From the NCBI GenBank assembly GCA_027923505.1, contig BROI01000007.1:310001-374000 (forward strand): a stretch of DNA of 64,000 nt. Reading direction: 5' to 3'. The position numbers and the translations under genes are program-made. A model generated the notes under the pieces. The model was not told the origin of the DNA. It was given only the letters and a program-made list of their open reading frames with translations, and ran no database searches. Below, piece after piece: positions 37,358 to 49,181 of this stretch. Numbering within the stretch: the stretch's first letter is position 1; each line of letters begins with the position of its first letter. Source of the stretch: Mayamaea pseudoterrestris (lineage: Eukaryota).

Positions 37358-38271
37358 TCAATACGATCGACACAGCTCTGGCAGTTTGGAGCGACATGGA
37401 CCAGTCTTCAGTCCGAACATCTTTGCCCGCCTGATCATCAAATCAACGTAATCTATGACACTACACCATCGCGGCAGCTCGACTGACTGCGTAGCTTTTC
37501 CTCGCTTCGCGTCAATCCAGTTTCGCCCTGCGCCAAGTCGCGGTGGCACCAGGTGATACGAGGCGCACCACTCCGGCTGGGCGACGAAAGAGGTTCCTGA
37601 CAAGTTGCAGCCTATGGGCATGTGCTCGCCACTTCCAGACTCCCAAACAAGGTCAAACGGAATTGTCGCAAAGGGCATGTCCAATGAATACGACTGAAGC
37701 AGCACCGTCGGGCAACGTTTTGCGTCACGGCGAGTTCATTGGCGCGATTCGCTTCGGCGTGACCCAACACTTTAGCGTAAACCAAACTTCGCGAGTGAAT
37801 GTCGGGACGATCTGCCAATGCCATCCAACGTCGGGATCGGTGTTGCGAACGACTTACGTCGGCCCATTTCAAGACTTGATTGATCGCCGACTGCGCCTGC
37901 TGGTGGTCAACGCGATCGATGGAAATATAGTAGCTATGATATAAGTTCGCCCATACGTCTGGATGATACGATGGTAATGAGTGTGAGTTTACTTTAAGAA
38001 ACGATACGCTCCTCGTTCTATCATTGCTCACTCCACCTTCCCAGGCTTCGAGACTGACTCAGAAACCAGCAATACCACCTTCGTCCATATCAATTGTCTT
38101 TAATTAGCAAGACTCTCTCGACTCAGATTCACCGTCCGTCTGATTTTTAGACTAGCGGCAGTAGCCATGTTAAGGCGAGTACACGTGCTGCTGCTGCTGC
38201 GTCCTTGATATCCTTTGATTCGTCCATGCTGCTGTCACTGTAGCAGACAAGGCAATGATGAGAAACCTCAT
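37358..38271 (-). pseudogene. Possible frameshifted gene of unknown function with a signal-peptide-like start
   Basis: The minus strand reads MRFLIIALSATVTAAW... near 38270, followed by ORF pieces 37612-38031 and 37358-37705. No domain recognised, and it lies in the error-rich segment. Confidence 0.35.
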
Positions 38272-38503
38272 TTGCATCATTCGTCTTGATGGAGCAAGAT
38301 GAGAGAGACAAGGCAAGCTCGAAATGGAATCTTTTGGAAGGCAAAAAAGTGGCCGATGGACGACAGCGCATCGAATCGGTGAGGGTGATCCTGACGAAGA
38401 AGTCGCAACGAGACTCAAAGCTGTCGCATGCGACATGCTTCGCTCGCCCATCAATCGCCTCGTCATTTTTTATTTTGAGACGAACCATTTCATGTACTGT
38501 ACC

Positions 38504-39700
38504 ATGAGCAAAGGCGAGTGCAGCAGTACAGAATCAAACTTTTGCGCAGCAAGAGACATTTTCTTGTCCCCTGATGAGCGCTATGACGTTTGGGTGGTGA
38601 AAAGAGTTGAACGACCAGAGTTGCTAGAGCGAACGAAGACCGAAAGCCCACCATCGAAAAGAAAGGAATTTAAATGTGATGGCGTTAGATTCATGCAAAA
38701 CAGAGCGGTGAAGAGGAATGTGTGCTCCCGCCAACTGATGGCTGCGATTTGCTAAACTGGCGAACGCATGGTCTTGCAGCTGTCGGTCGAAGGATCCCAC
38801 GTACACTTTTGAACGTTGGCTGCGGATGCACTGCTGCGATGAGAACGGCAGCTTCCGGATCATTCATCGGAGGGTGGTCAGCGGAAGGAGCTGCGGAGCA
38901 AACTTTGGAGCCGCCTTTACATACAGCCATTGCAACACATGTTGATGAAGTGAACGAAACATGTAGCAAGGCACAATCAACTCTAAATGCTTCATCACCG
39001 TGGTTTGAGCGAGATAACGTGCCCGCTATTATTCACGGCTGCACTAAAGACTGGTCTGCCATGGAAACGTGTACATTGGAACGTTTGGTGCAGCGATTTG
39101 GAGACTTGCAGTGGAGATTTTCCGATACGCACGCCGAAACCCATAACTGAGCAAATAAACATTCAATGGGAAGGCAGACGATGCAATCATTGGCAGCCTG
39201 CGACTCCGCAGTTTGCCAACGAGAACGAGTTTGTTTGCTTGACGAATATTCAGTGCCGACTTGTTTTGGTCCGACTTGTTTTGACCTTTGCCTGACGACC
39301 AGCGACCACCATTTCGATGGATACTCATTGACCAGCTCGATCCGGGAACTGGCTTTGCACATTGACCCAGCTGGTACCACTTCGGGTAACGCTGCAAGGC
39401 CCTCAAGCGGGTACTATTTCCTTTGGAACCGACTTAACACTGGTATGCAGGACCCAGCAATTCCATCGGCCATATGGTTCCAAAGTGGAATATTACTGAT
39501 AAAGTGCCAGAGATTTAGATGCAGTGAAGTGTTACAGCGACCAGGCGAAACAGTCTACGTTCCCGCGGGCTGGCCACATGTAGTGTTAAACCTTGAGACT
39601 AGTGTGTAGCGATTACAATCAATAAATCAGCGCAACCACAAAGGTCTGGCAGGCAATGTAGAACGGAAAGGCACACTTTACCGGGATGCAATGCCATTGT
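38504..39700 (+). pseudogene. JmjC-domain (JMJD6-like) oxygenase, frameshifted in this sequence
   Basis: ERDNVPAIIHGCTKDWSA, LERLVQRFGD, EYSVPTCF, LHIDP (HxD iron ligands) and QRPGETVYVPAGWPHVVLNLETSV (distal His) are spread over several frames. End is approximate. Confidence 0.8.
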
Positions 39701-39760
39701 CCGGGATTTAGCAGAGGAAATACGTAAGTTTAAAAACTAGAAGCTTAAATAGTGTGAATT

Positions 39761-42700
39761 TTAGATTTCAGCCCTTGCGTCAACAACCGACCCAAAGCCC
39801 ATTGTTGACACCGACGCAGCGTCATGGCTAATGGCGATTTGTAGAAAGTCTGGCCGCTCAGGTTTCGCGACTCCCCGAGCTCGTTGTTCGCGGACCGACT
39901 GAACCACAGTTCGACATGTTTTTGACCAAATGTGGAGAGCAATGACGCACGACTTGGTCTTGACGGAAAGAAAGCCATTGGTTCGTCTCCATCTCCGCAT
40001 GTCAGCGGCAATGCCATGGCCTCGCTCCTTGAAGGCTTTGACATACTCTTTTGCGCCGTAAATGCCAATTGACGCGAGAAAGTCGCACTGCCATGTTCGC
40101 AAAATGTTGGATAGCGACAAAGGATCGCCTTTCAGAGCATTAGCAGGTTTGCCTCGTCCACAGCTGCAAGCGACGCCAAGCTCGGGAAGGTAAAACTCGA
40201 CATGATCCTTTCGGACACCAAACAAGGAGTCTTCGCAGGTGCATTGATCGGCAACACCAATGTTGCTGATAATTACTTTTCCATTCGATTCTTGCGAGTC
40301 ATCGCGACCATTTCCTGGAAGAAAAAATGTCCCAGTCGACGACACGGCGGATGCCGCCACACTCGCACGGCTGCTACCGTCAAGAAAGATACGTTCTGCA
40401 GCATCAAGTATCTCCTCAGCCTTTTGTTTAATCTCATTCGACGACCCATTGACTACATCCTTCATAGATTCACTCGACACAACAGCAACATCAAGATGCT
40501 CCGCAGGCGACGCACTTTTGGAAAGGATGTACGATTCATCCTCGCCATCATTGTAAGGTAACTCGCAGGAACATGTGGACAGTTCATCGAGCAGCGGCTG
40601 CAGCGGATTATTGTTTTCGATAAATGTCAGATCTTCGCTTTTCTTTTCTTCCTCGCAATTGGCAGAGAGAAATCGTTTCTTGATGCTCGTAGTAGGCGTC
40701 GCAGAAATTGCTTCATCAGGCTTGTTCGTCTCGCCAATGGCGTCTTGTAACACATTACCTGGCGAACGAGAAATCTCGGCTGGAGGCACCATTTTGGAGC
40801 CTTGTATTTGCTCGATTCTCCGCTCAATGTGACTAATCTCAAGTTTCAACGATTCCTGCTTGCAATGATCCCGAAGCTCTGCCAACTCTCGTTGGAGATC
40901 GGCATTATGTAGCTCAAGACGATCGTTCGTAGCTTGAGACGCTCGCAGTTCGCAACGAAGCTCTTGCACTAGGCCACTAAAGTCGTTGTCTTGATGTCTC
41001 TTCTCGCTAGACTCCACAAACTCATGAGCTTTCATCTGACAGGCCATGCCTGCAGGTGCAGCATCTGTATCACGTTTTTGCTCTTCAGTATGGACGTTCG
41101 ATCGCAGTTCTGACAAGTACGACTGCTTGGCGGCAACTTCCTTTTTCAGTTTACAAAGCTCATCTGTCAAAAGTATCTTTTCGTCTTTGAGTAAAGCGAT
41201 TTGGTTTTGTAAGAGCAAAGCATCTTGTCTTGCACCATCGTCCATACTCCAAAGGGAATCCGAGTCATCAATTAGACTTTCCAAATCATCATCGTCCGCG
41301 TGACTCATCGATAATTCGTATGTCAGGAGCGGTGATACACAAGACTCGCGCGCTTTCACTCGATTAGCCTGGTCGACTGCTTCGACGGACAAATCGCGAG
41401 CCATTCTGGCTTCGCACTCGGCCGCCTTGAGCTTCTCCTGGAGACCTGATAATTGATCGCCCAATATGTCGTCGCTGGCCTTGTTGGCGCCACTCAAGGC
41501 CTCTTTCAAATGAAGCACCATGTTTCGCAACTTCCTATTCTCCGCGCGCAGTGCCGCATGCTCTGACGGGCTAACGTCCGCCTTGATCAAGTTTTGCTTG
41601 ACAACGTTTGCAATTGTCCGCGACCTTTCAGCGTATCGCAAGGTATTAATCGACTCTTCCGCATTGACGTCTGCTGGAGAAACGCAAGCAATCAGTACTG
41701 TCCGGCAATTTCCGCCGAGAGAGTCTCGTAAAAGCCTTGTGAGCTTTGAATCGCGATAGGGAATGTGACTGATAGTCTCTCCGCCGCGTTTGGCCCGGTC
41801 CGAGAGCGCTGACACTACCTTGCCTAGCACAAACAAGTCCTTGTTAATGTTAATTGATTCTTGCTGCTGCACTCCAACTACTCCTGTATCCTTGATGCGC
41901 TCACTTCCAGCCAAGTCAACCAGTGTCAACTTCGCCGTCACCACCGCGTCTCGTTGCTTGTTTGTGGAGGAAGGAGGCGCTACAGTAATTGCCACGGTGC
42001 AAACGGCATGCGATCGACTTGATCGTTCATTGAGTCGCGTGCTCGCCGTCGTTCGTCGCAGCGTCGCCTGCTCCATCAAGCTGTGCATGTGATCCATAGT
42101 GTGAACCTTGCATGTCTGTAGGCCGCGGATTGAAACGCCATGGCCATGATCCTGCATCTTCAAGGCCGTGGTCGATCCAGCAGGTGCATTCGTTAGCAAG
42201 TCGCGCAACTCATCCTGATAAATTTCCAAGCAACTAAGCTTGACTTGGACTGAGAATTGCCGGTCTTCATAGTCTTGTTTGAATCGAAAAATGTCGCGGA
42301 CAGCGCGAGGAATAATGCCGTCATTCTCATCCAAGCAATCCAAAAGGCTGCTATTGGATGCTGCAAGGTAGTCGTCGCCGGCGAGGGTTCGCGCGTCCTT
42401 TTGACCTCCCATTGTAAAAGTCTAGCAATGTGTGCGCGGCGAATGATAGAGATTATGAGAATGCATTCTTATGTGAGTCCGAATCTTCATCGTCAATTCA
42501 CTCGCGTCTCGCATGCCATCTTATCTCACCTTTCCAGATCCAGTCTGTCCATAGGCTAGAATGGTCGTATTGTATCCCTGAAACAAGTGTTCCGCCATGT
42601 TTGGTAGCGAATGTTCATAGACAAATTGCTGCGTCGACAGCGGACCAAAGACGGCGTCCATTTCAAACTCTCGATGACCCGACGACGATTCCGTGGCAAC

Positions 42701-43135
42701 AATCGTAGGTAAAGGCAACTGCTGCTGCTCCTGCTGCTGATTGCTATACGTATTATTGTAGACAATCTTCGAGTCGCTACAATGCATGGTCAGGACAATG
42801 CCCTCGTCCAAGCAATGCTCCGATTCCTTCATCTTGGTCGGCGTTGCTGTCGGCGATGAAAATGAGCTGCGCAGCCTCGACAAGATTCCAGTCTCAGCTT
42901 TGGGCTCGGTAGATGCGCCTTCCTGAATGCGTATACTTCGCTTGCCGCCTCGCTTGGCTTCCTCCTGATTCATTGGTCGAATGCGAGCAACGACGCGAAT
43001 ATGACTGATTGGGTGAATGGCTAATGCTGCTGATGATGATGGACTTTGGTATGAATCTGTTTCACTCTCTGAGTCTTGTTCAAGCAAAGCGCGACCGCGA
43101 TCATTGGGAGTCTTGTAGCTCAATGACGAATCCAT
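39761..43135 (-). CDS. Kinesin motor protein (kinesin-4/KIF4-like), 2 exons: 43135-42530 and 42421-39761
   Basis: IRVVARIRP, FEMDAVF and GYNTTILAYGQTGSGK|TFTMG (P-loop restored by a GT-AG intron at 42529-42422), then LEIYQDELRDLL, NERSSRSHA, LVDLAGSER, HIPYRDSKLTRLLRDSLGGN and a coiled-coil stalk. Confidence 0.95.
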
Positions 43136-43630
43136 TGTGAATTTATTTGCGCCGTCGAGCTCGCTCGTGACAATGTCAGTGTGCAGTTAGAGTACAATAG
43201 ATGCTGTTCTGCGAGCCCGGGAGGAGCGTCTCCACTGCGTGACAAAGGCGTTGATTGTTTCTCGCTGCAAGCTAGGAACGCTACGAATCTATCGCTGAAT
43301 GCTGTTCGTCTCACAATTTCAGCGAGTCGACGCTGTCGTGTTGAATGTGAATGTTGAGAGAGAAAAAGAGCGTTGGCAGAGTGTCAAGCAAACCTCATGT
43401 CCATCGTCGGCGTGATTTTGCGCCTCCGCCGAGCGCGCGCGGCGTGACTGCAACCGCCAACCGACACACAAAATGAGCAACTTTCTTAGCGATGGGGTTA
43501 ACCGCAAGCGTTCCACGACCGCGCGCGATTTCACCATGGAGATCGATCCGTTGCTATCTCATCTGCCTCCATACTACACCCTCATTCTCACAAGCCGCGT
43601 TTCAACTGTCAAATCCAATTACTAATCACT

Positions 43631-44266
43631 ATGAACACATCCGCCGTTTCCTCGTCCTCCGAATCAACGTCTTCAGCGACCAATGTCAACCAAAAGATTC
43701 ACAATGATTTGCAAATCGTTGTCGACAAAATGAACGGATGCGAATCGTTAATGCAGTCCAGCAAGACTGCCTCACAGGAACTATTGGCCGTCGTTGGATT
43801 CTTGGAAGCTTGTCAGCCTCGCATGATTGAGTTGGTGGAAGCGGCTGCCCAAGGCGCCTTGTCGGAGCAGGTTTTGATGGAAGCCTTGCAGGTGAATGAT
43901 CGACTCACCAAGATTTTGAGTGACGTGGATTGTCAAATTGATTTTGATAGTAGTCATGCAGCTGCGCCTTCGGAACCGGAGTTTACCATTCAGGAGGAGG
44001 GAGGGGACGAAGATTTGCTTCTCATGGAAGACTTTGATCATCCGCTAGCTCCTGCTGTCGTTGCTACGTCAGCTGTCGCCACATTGGACGAGCCTGCCAC
44101 GGCCGGACCGAAAACAACGGGAGAGGATCTAGACGACTTGCTGGATCTGGATAACGAAGCTGCCATGGATCAGCTCACTATGGGGGATGACGATGCAGGA
44201 GGCAAAGTCACATCGACCAAGTCGGAGGATGAGTTTGACGAGTTCCTCGTGGGACGAAGTAGCTAA
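43631..44266 (+). CDS. GAT-domain protein (TOM1-like, no VHS domain seen)
   Basis: LEACQPRMIELVE...LSEQVLMEALQVNDRLTKIL resembles the GAT helical bundle. The acidic tail ends EDEFDEFL, like TOM1-family C-termini. Confidence 0.7.
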   Translation: MNTSAVSSSSESTSSATNVNQKIHNDLQIVVDKMNGCESLMQSSKTASQELLAVVGFLEACQPRMIELVEAAAQGALSEQVLMEALQVNDRLTKILSDVDCQIDFDSSHAAAPSEPEFTIQEEGGDEDLLLMEDFDHPLAPAVVATSAVATLDEPATAGPKTTGEDLDDLLDLDNEAAMDQLTMGDDDAGGKVTSTKSEDEFDEFLVGRSS

Positions 44267-44383
44267 CTACCCGTACTGGTAGTCATTGTAGCAATATTGA
44301 AGTTTACATATTATACGACAGCAATGACAAATACCTTGGCGAATAAGGCGTAGCGACTAAGTACTGATTACAGATATATGTCT

Positions 44384-45034
44384 CTAGGCAGTTGCCGTTG
44401 TCAACTCGGCAAGCTTGTCCAAGACTTCTTGTGAATGCCTGGCAATGTGCGACTCCACATCCGTAAACACCCACCTCAAGTTTCCCTTGGGATCAATAAT
44501 ATACGTCTGTCGATTGCTAAAGGTTCCAAAGCCAGGAATGGAAAGGGCGCTCCCGTACAATTTGCTGACCATGCCACCTTGATCGGATAGCATGTAAAAG
44601 TCCAAACCCTCCGCCGAGCAAAATTGCGCATTCTTTTCAACAGGATCGACGGAAACACCAACAATCTGAGCATTCAGCTTGCGGTATGAGTCCATGTCGC
44701 GCTGAAAGGCTCGGGCTTCCAACGTACAGCCCGAGGTAAAGGCGCCAGGGTAAAAATAAAGAACAGTATACTTGCCAGTCTTGGTGAGCGACTGCAGCGA
44801 GGTCGTTCCTTCGCCACGGCTATTGGGAAGCTCAAATGCTGGTGCCTTGGCTCCGGCGTTTGGGACTGCTGCAACAGCAGAGGTTGCGGAAGAGCCAAAG
44901 GCTAGAGCGGCACCTCCGAGTGCGAGTCCATCACGAACAAAGGCGCGACGTGATGACTCCGATGGCGACAAGGCAAGCCCTGAAGTCAAGACTAGAGCCA
45001 ATAGAAGGAGACAAAGGCGGCTATATTGATTCAT
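44384..45034 (-). CDS. PRXQ: Peroxiredoxin Q / BCP-type, predicted plastid (thylakoid lumen) protein
   Basis: Peroxidatic motif VLYFYPGAFTSGCTLEA (PxxxTxxC), IVGVSVD, RQTYIIDPKG. Start placed at MNQYSRL (45034), followed by a signal peptide and then SRRAF + hydrophobic stretch + AVA. Confidence 0.92.
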   Translation of the reverse strand: MNQYSRLCLLLLALVLTSGLALSPSESSRRAFVRDGLALGGAALAFGSSATSAVAAVPNAGAKAPAFELPNSRGEGTTSLQSLTKTGKYTVLYFYPGAFTSGCTLEARAFQRDMDSYRKLNAQIVGVSVDPVEKNAQFCSAEGLDFYMLSDQGGMVSKLYGSALSIPGFGTFSNRQTYIIDPKGNLRWVFTDVESHIARHSQEVLDKLAELTTATA

Positions 45035-45242
45035 GTTGATGCTGCCTCGAGTGTTAGTGATGGGAGTTCTGTAGTAGTTGCAGAAGGACTGAATATTGAT
45101 GATGGATCTCGAGTGTTGATCTTCATGGTGAGTCACTTTACTCGCGTCGTCGTGTCGTAGCGTTACTAGATGACGTCGTTTCTTCGCGTCACGCTGCCTC
45201 CACTCGTTGCTCCACAAAAATTGAAACGCACCTACCTCCATA

Positions 45243-46001
45243 ATGATGAGCCTGGGACGACAAAGAATAGGTTTTATACTTCGAAAAGCCACGTTTAACG
45301 GAGGCGAAACGTCATCACTTGGAAACTACGCGAACTTTAGATGGAAGAATGAGCGACGATACCTTTTTCCGTCACAGCAACCCTTCGTCACATTCTGTCA
45401 TCAGTTAGGTCGGCGTCGCGACGATGATGAACAGCGAGTTCGCACAAGTCAATTGTCATTGACAAGAATACCAACGAGCATGCAATACCATAGCAATGCC
45501 CGAGATGAGCGTAGTGCCGTTGCCATTATTCTTGGATTGGGAGCCGTTTCAGCAACTGCCTACGCGGGCGCCTCGGCCGTGCGCGCATGGAAGGAGTTCC
45601 AGGCCAGCCTACCGGAAGTTACGGAGGAGGACTTGAAACGGCAAAAGGAGGAAGCAACGCAAAAGTCGCAAGGTGCTAGTGAATCTACTGACAAGGCAAG
45701 CGAGCCAAAGGGGAAGGATACAAAGCAGCAAACGGCGCGAGAGAACTTTTTCAAAAAATGGTTTGCCGTTGATGTTGGTGCTTCCTACTACGAAGGCGGC
45801 TTTGAGGATATCATGACAAAGCAGGAGGCTGCATTGATTCTTGGAGTGCGGCAATCGAGCTCGCCGCAACGGATTCGCGATGCGCATCGCCGTCTGCTAG
45901 TGTTGAACCATCCTGACACTGGGGGTTCAACTTATCTATCGGGAAAGATAAATGAAGCAAAGGAGCTGTTGCTCAAAGGTCGCAAGCGAAATAGTTCGTG
46001 A
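45243..46001 (+). CDS. PAM18: Mitochondrial import motor J-protein PAM18/TIM14 (DNAJC19-like); start codon uncertain
   Basis: Transmembrane segment followed by [20 protein letters not shown]...[30 protein letters not shown]. Confidence 0.92.
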   Translation: MMSLGRQRIGFILRKATFNGGETSSLGNYANFRWKNERRYLFPSQQPFVTFCHQLGRRRDDDEQRVRTSQLSLTRIPTSMQYHSNARDERSAVAIILGLGAVSATAYAGASAVRAWKEFQASLPEVTEEDLKRQKEEATQKSQGASESTDKASEPKGKDTKQQTARENFFKKWFAVDVGASYYEGGFEDIMTKQEAALILGVRQSSSPQRIRDAHRRLLVLNHPDTGGSTYLSGKINEAKELLLKGRKRNSS

Positions 46002-46393
46002 GCTCATTCCACTCGGCATGGTAGCTGTGCAGGATTGAAATTTCTTGTACGTGTTCAGGAAAGGACCAGCTTATTGTAATTGAATCTGAGACACCATCTC
46101 GTCAGATATAGCCCTCCAACTTTTAAATAAGTTGTGTTTAAAGCTCTACCTGACTTTCAAAGCTATCGTACTTGTACATTTTACAAGCTGATGCGATAGC
46201 AGTCGCCCACGGGAACGCGAGTACCGATACGATGTTAAATTGATTCCCAGCAAAGCGTCGACCATGCGATTGTCTCTCGGCCATCACAATCACCACCCAG
46301 CCAACAACAAACGCCTCGCCGCCGCAACGCTGCACAATTTCAATCATCTTAACCGCACAGAGTTGCATTTAGCGAACGAAGCCTTGTCCTATC

Positions 46394-49066
46394 ATGTCGG
46401 ACGACTCAGAAGAAGAATTTGTGTTTGAAGAGGCGGAGAAAAAGCCGTCGGCCAAACATTCATCGAAAGTCCACAAAAGCGATGCAGCTTATTTAAACAA
46501 CTACGATGATGACATGGAAGTTGATTCGGACGAAGAAAAGCCCATTAAGAAGTTGAAAACGAAAAAGCCAAAGGCGGTAGAAAAGAAAGTAAAAGCAAAA
46601 GCTACTATCAATGACTCGGACGACGACAATTTTATTGATGATACCGACGTTACACCCAAGAAAAAGAAGTCAAAGTCTAAATCAAAGTCAAAAAAGGAAG
46701 ACAGCGACTCTGACGACGATGACTTTGTCGAGGATGACGACGCGGCGCCGAAAAAGAAGAAAGCAAAGTCCAAACGAAAGCTTATGAAGGACGACAGTGA
46801 CTCGGACGATGGTTCCTTGCCGAGGAAAAAACCATCGTCAAGGTCCAAGGCGAAACGCAAATCGAGCGACAGCGAGATGGATGAGGATGACGACTCGTTT
46901 GATGACGAAGACTTGTCGTCGAAAAAGAAGAAAAAGAAAAAGGCGAAAGAGCCAGTAGTCAAAAGCGTATCAATCAAGAAACGAAAGGCGGCGCCCGAGT
47001 CGGACAGCACGCCCGTCAAGAAGAAAAAGGTCAGACCTGACGAGGTCAAGTCTGAGATAGGGTCCACGAAGACCAAAGGCCTTAAGGAATTGGACCGCAC
47101 AGCTCGTTTGCAGTACGCCATGCAATCTTTTCTGTGGTGGAATGCCAAGGAGCCTCCGTCTGGATACAATTGGTCCGAGCTAGAGCATGCTGGCTTGAGC
47201 TTTCCTGAGGCGTACAAGCCTCATGGCATCAAAATGAAATACAACGGAAAAGAGGTAACGCTAACGGCGTTGCAGGAGGAAGCGGCTACTTTTATGGCAG
47301 CGACGGATCCGGACGGCATGCATCTCGGCAACCAGAAAACGGCCAAAATTTTTACGAGCAATTTTTTCGCTGACTTCAAAGTCTTGCTAGGAAAGGGACA
47401 CGAGATAAAGGATTTTGCTAAATGTGATTTTGAGCCGATTCGTCGCCATCTCAACGAGCAAAAGATTGTCAAGAAGGCCATTACTGACGCCGAGCGCTCG
47501 CTAAACAAGGAGGAACGCGACAAGGCACTATTCCAATATGGTTTCGCCATTGTTGACGGCCACCTTGAACGCGTGGGAAACTACAATATGGAACCTCCTG
47601 GAACCTTCCGTGGACGCGGTGCGCATCCAAAAATGGGAAAACTAAAGCAGCGCGTCTTGCCGGAGCAAGTTTCCCTAAACTTGAGCGAGGCAGCCCCCGT
47701 TCCACGATGCGGCTTGCCTGGTCATGCTTGGAGCGACATTCGCCACGACCCTCGCGGGCAATGGCTTGCGTCTTGGAAGGAAAACATTAACAATCAGAAC
47801 AAATATATGCAGCTTGCAGCTTCTAGCTCCTTCAAAGGTAAATCTGACCGAGCCAAGTACGGAAAGGCTGGTTTGCTTTGCAAATACATAGAGAAAATCC
47901 GCAAAGTGGTTAAGAAAGATCTTGGCTCGAAGGACATCGAAGAACGAGAGCTTGCGACTGCAGTTTGGGTAATTGATCGCTTGGCACTTCGTGTCGGCGG
48001 CGAAAAGGATACGGATGAAGAAGCTGATACTGTTGGATGCTGCTCCTTGCGCGTTGAGCACTTGCACTTTGATCCGAATCAAGAAGGGGGAGACAATCGC
48101 GAGATTGAACTTGAGTTCCTCGGTAAAGATTCGATGCTTTACAAACAGACAATTGATTTCGGATCGCACATTTACAACGAGGAGAATGGGATGGGCACCA
48201 AAGTGTACGATAATTTTAAGTCGTTTTGCAAGGGCAAAAAGCCTACGGACGATGTATTTGAAAACATCAACCCGACTTTGCTAAACAACCACCTCAAGCA
48301 GTTCATGGACGGCTTGAGCGCAAAAGTTTTTCGTACCTACAATGCAAGTAAGACGTTGCAGTCCGAGCTGCGTAAACACGAGGCTTCGCCTTCCTGGAAA
48401 AGTCTTTCAGCGTCCGAAAAGGTTACGGAATACAATAATGCCAACCGCGAAGTTGCCATTCTCTGCAATCATCAAAAGTCCGTCAGCAAAGCGCAGGAGA
48501 CGCAGCTCGAGAACATTGGCCAGAAGGTGGAGGTCCTCAAGAAGCAGAAGCATGCACTCAAGGCCATTTTAAAACGACTGAATAAGGGCGAGACGGACAG
48601 TATTCCGTTGCGAAAGTCAATTACAAAAGCGGAGGAAGATGTTAAGAGTGCGATTGAAAAAGCCAAGAAGCTAAAAGATAAGGCGAAAACTAACGAAGAA
48701 AAGATTGCCGCGACGCAAGCTGACGAAGCCGCTAAACAAAAGCGTCGCGATCTTGCGGATATCAAGTTTCAAAAGGCACATCTTTGGGAGAAAATGCCGA
48801 CGATTGATCAAGTAAAGAAGCGCATTGAGAATTGGACCGCCAAGATCAACAAGGCTGAGATGGATCTGAAGCACAAGGACGACAATAAAGAGGTTTCGCT
48901 TGGAACGTCGAAGATAAACTACATGGACCCCCGTATCTCCGTAGCGTGGTGCAAGCGCAACGAAGTTCCCATCGAAAAAATCTTTTCGAAGACACTTCGC
49001 GACAAGTTTAATTGGGCGATGGCTGTCAAACCAGATTGGGAATTTAACGAAACCATTGCAGAGTAA
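46394..49066 (+). CDS. TOP1: DNA topoisomerase IB
   Basis: K/D-rich N-terminus, [66 protein letters not shown], and catalytic SKINYMDPR. Confidence 0.99.
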   Translation: MSDDSEEEFVFEEAEKKPSAKHSSKVHKSDAAYLNNYDDDMEVDSDEEKPIKKLKTKKPKAVEKKVKAKATINDSDDDNFIDDTDVTPKKKKSKSKSKSKKEDSDSDDDDFVEDDDAAPKKKKAKSKRKLMKDDSDSDDGSLPRKKPSSRSKAKRKSSDSEMDEDDDSFDDEDLSSKKKKKKKAKEPVVKSVSIKKRKAAPESDSTPVKKKKVRPDEVKSEIGSTKTKGLKELDRTARLQYAMQSFLWWNAKEPPSGYNWSELEHAGLSFPEAYKPHGIKMKYNGKEVTLTALQEEAATFMAATDPDGMHLGNQKTAKIFTSNFFADFKVLLGKGHEIKDFAKCDFEPIRRHLNEQKIVKKAITDAERSLNKEERDKALFQYGFAIVDGHLERVGNYNMEPPGTFRGRGAHPKMGKLKQRVLPEQVSLNLSEAAPVPRCGLPGHAWSDIRHDPRGQWLASWKENINNQNKYMQLAASSSFKGKSDRAKYGKAGLLCKYIEKIRKVVKKDLGSKDIEERELATAVWVIDRLALRVGGEKDTDEEADTVGCCSLRVEHLHFDPNQEGGDNREIELEFLGKDSMLYKQTIDFGSHIYNEENGMGTKVYDNFKSFCKGKKPTDDVFENINPTLLNNHLKQFMDGLSAKVFRTYNASKTLQSELRKHEASPSWKSLSASEKVTEYNNANREVAILCNHQKSVSKAQETQLENIGQKVEVLKKQKHALKAILKRLNKGETDSIPLRKSITKAEEDVKSAIEKAKKLKDKAKTNEEKIAATQADEAAKQKRRDLADIKFQKAHLWEKMPTIDQVKKRIENWTAKINKAEMDLKHKDDNKEVSLGTSKINYMDPRISVAWCKRNEVPIEKIFSKTLRDKFNWAMAVKPDWEFNETIAE

Positions 49067-49181
49067 ATAAAATGACGGAAATACGTACCAGCAATTTAGA
49101 TTAAGCCAACTATTTAAAAGGGGAGATTATGCGCATTGCGTAGACGGGTATCGATGCTTATCGTTGTGTGCATCGTCGGTA

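Noticed and set aside
45035..45292. N-terminal extension of the PrxQ ORF overlapping PAM18
   Set aside because: The signal peptide begins at Met 45034; the upstream in-frame stretch is probably the shared divergent promoter/UTR.
46501..47217. Antisense ORFs opposite TOP1, and likewise opposite the ankyrin gene (51264-51736) and Copia gag
   Set aside because: Shadow frames of low-complexity or codon-biased sense genes.
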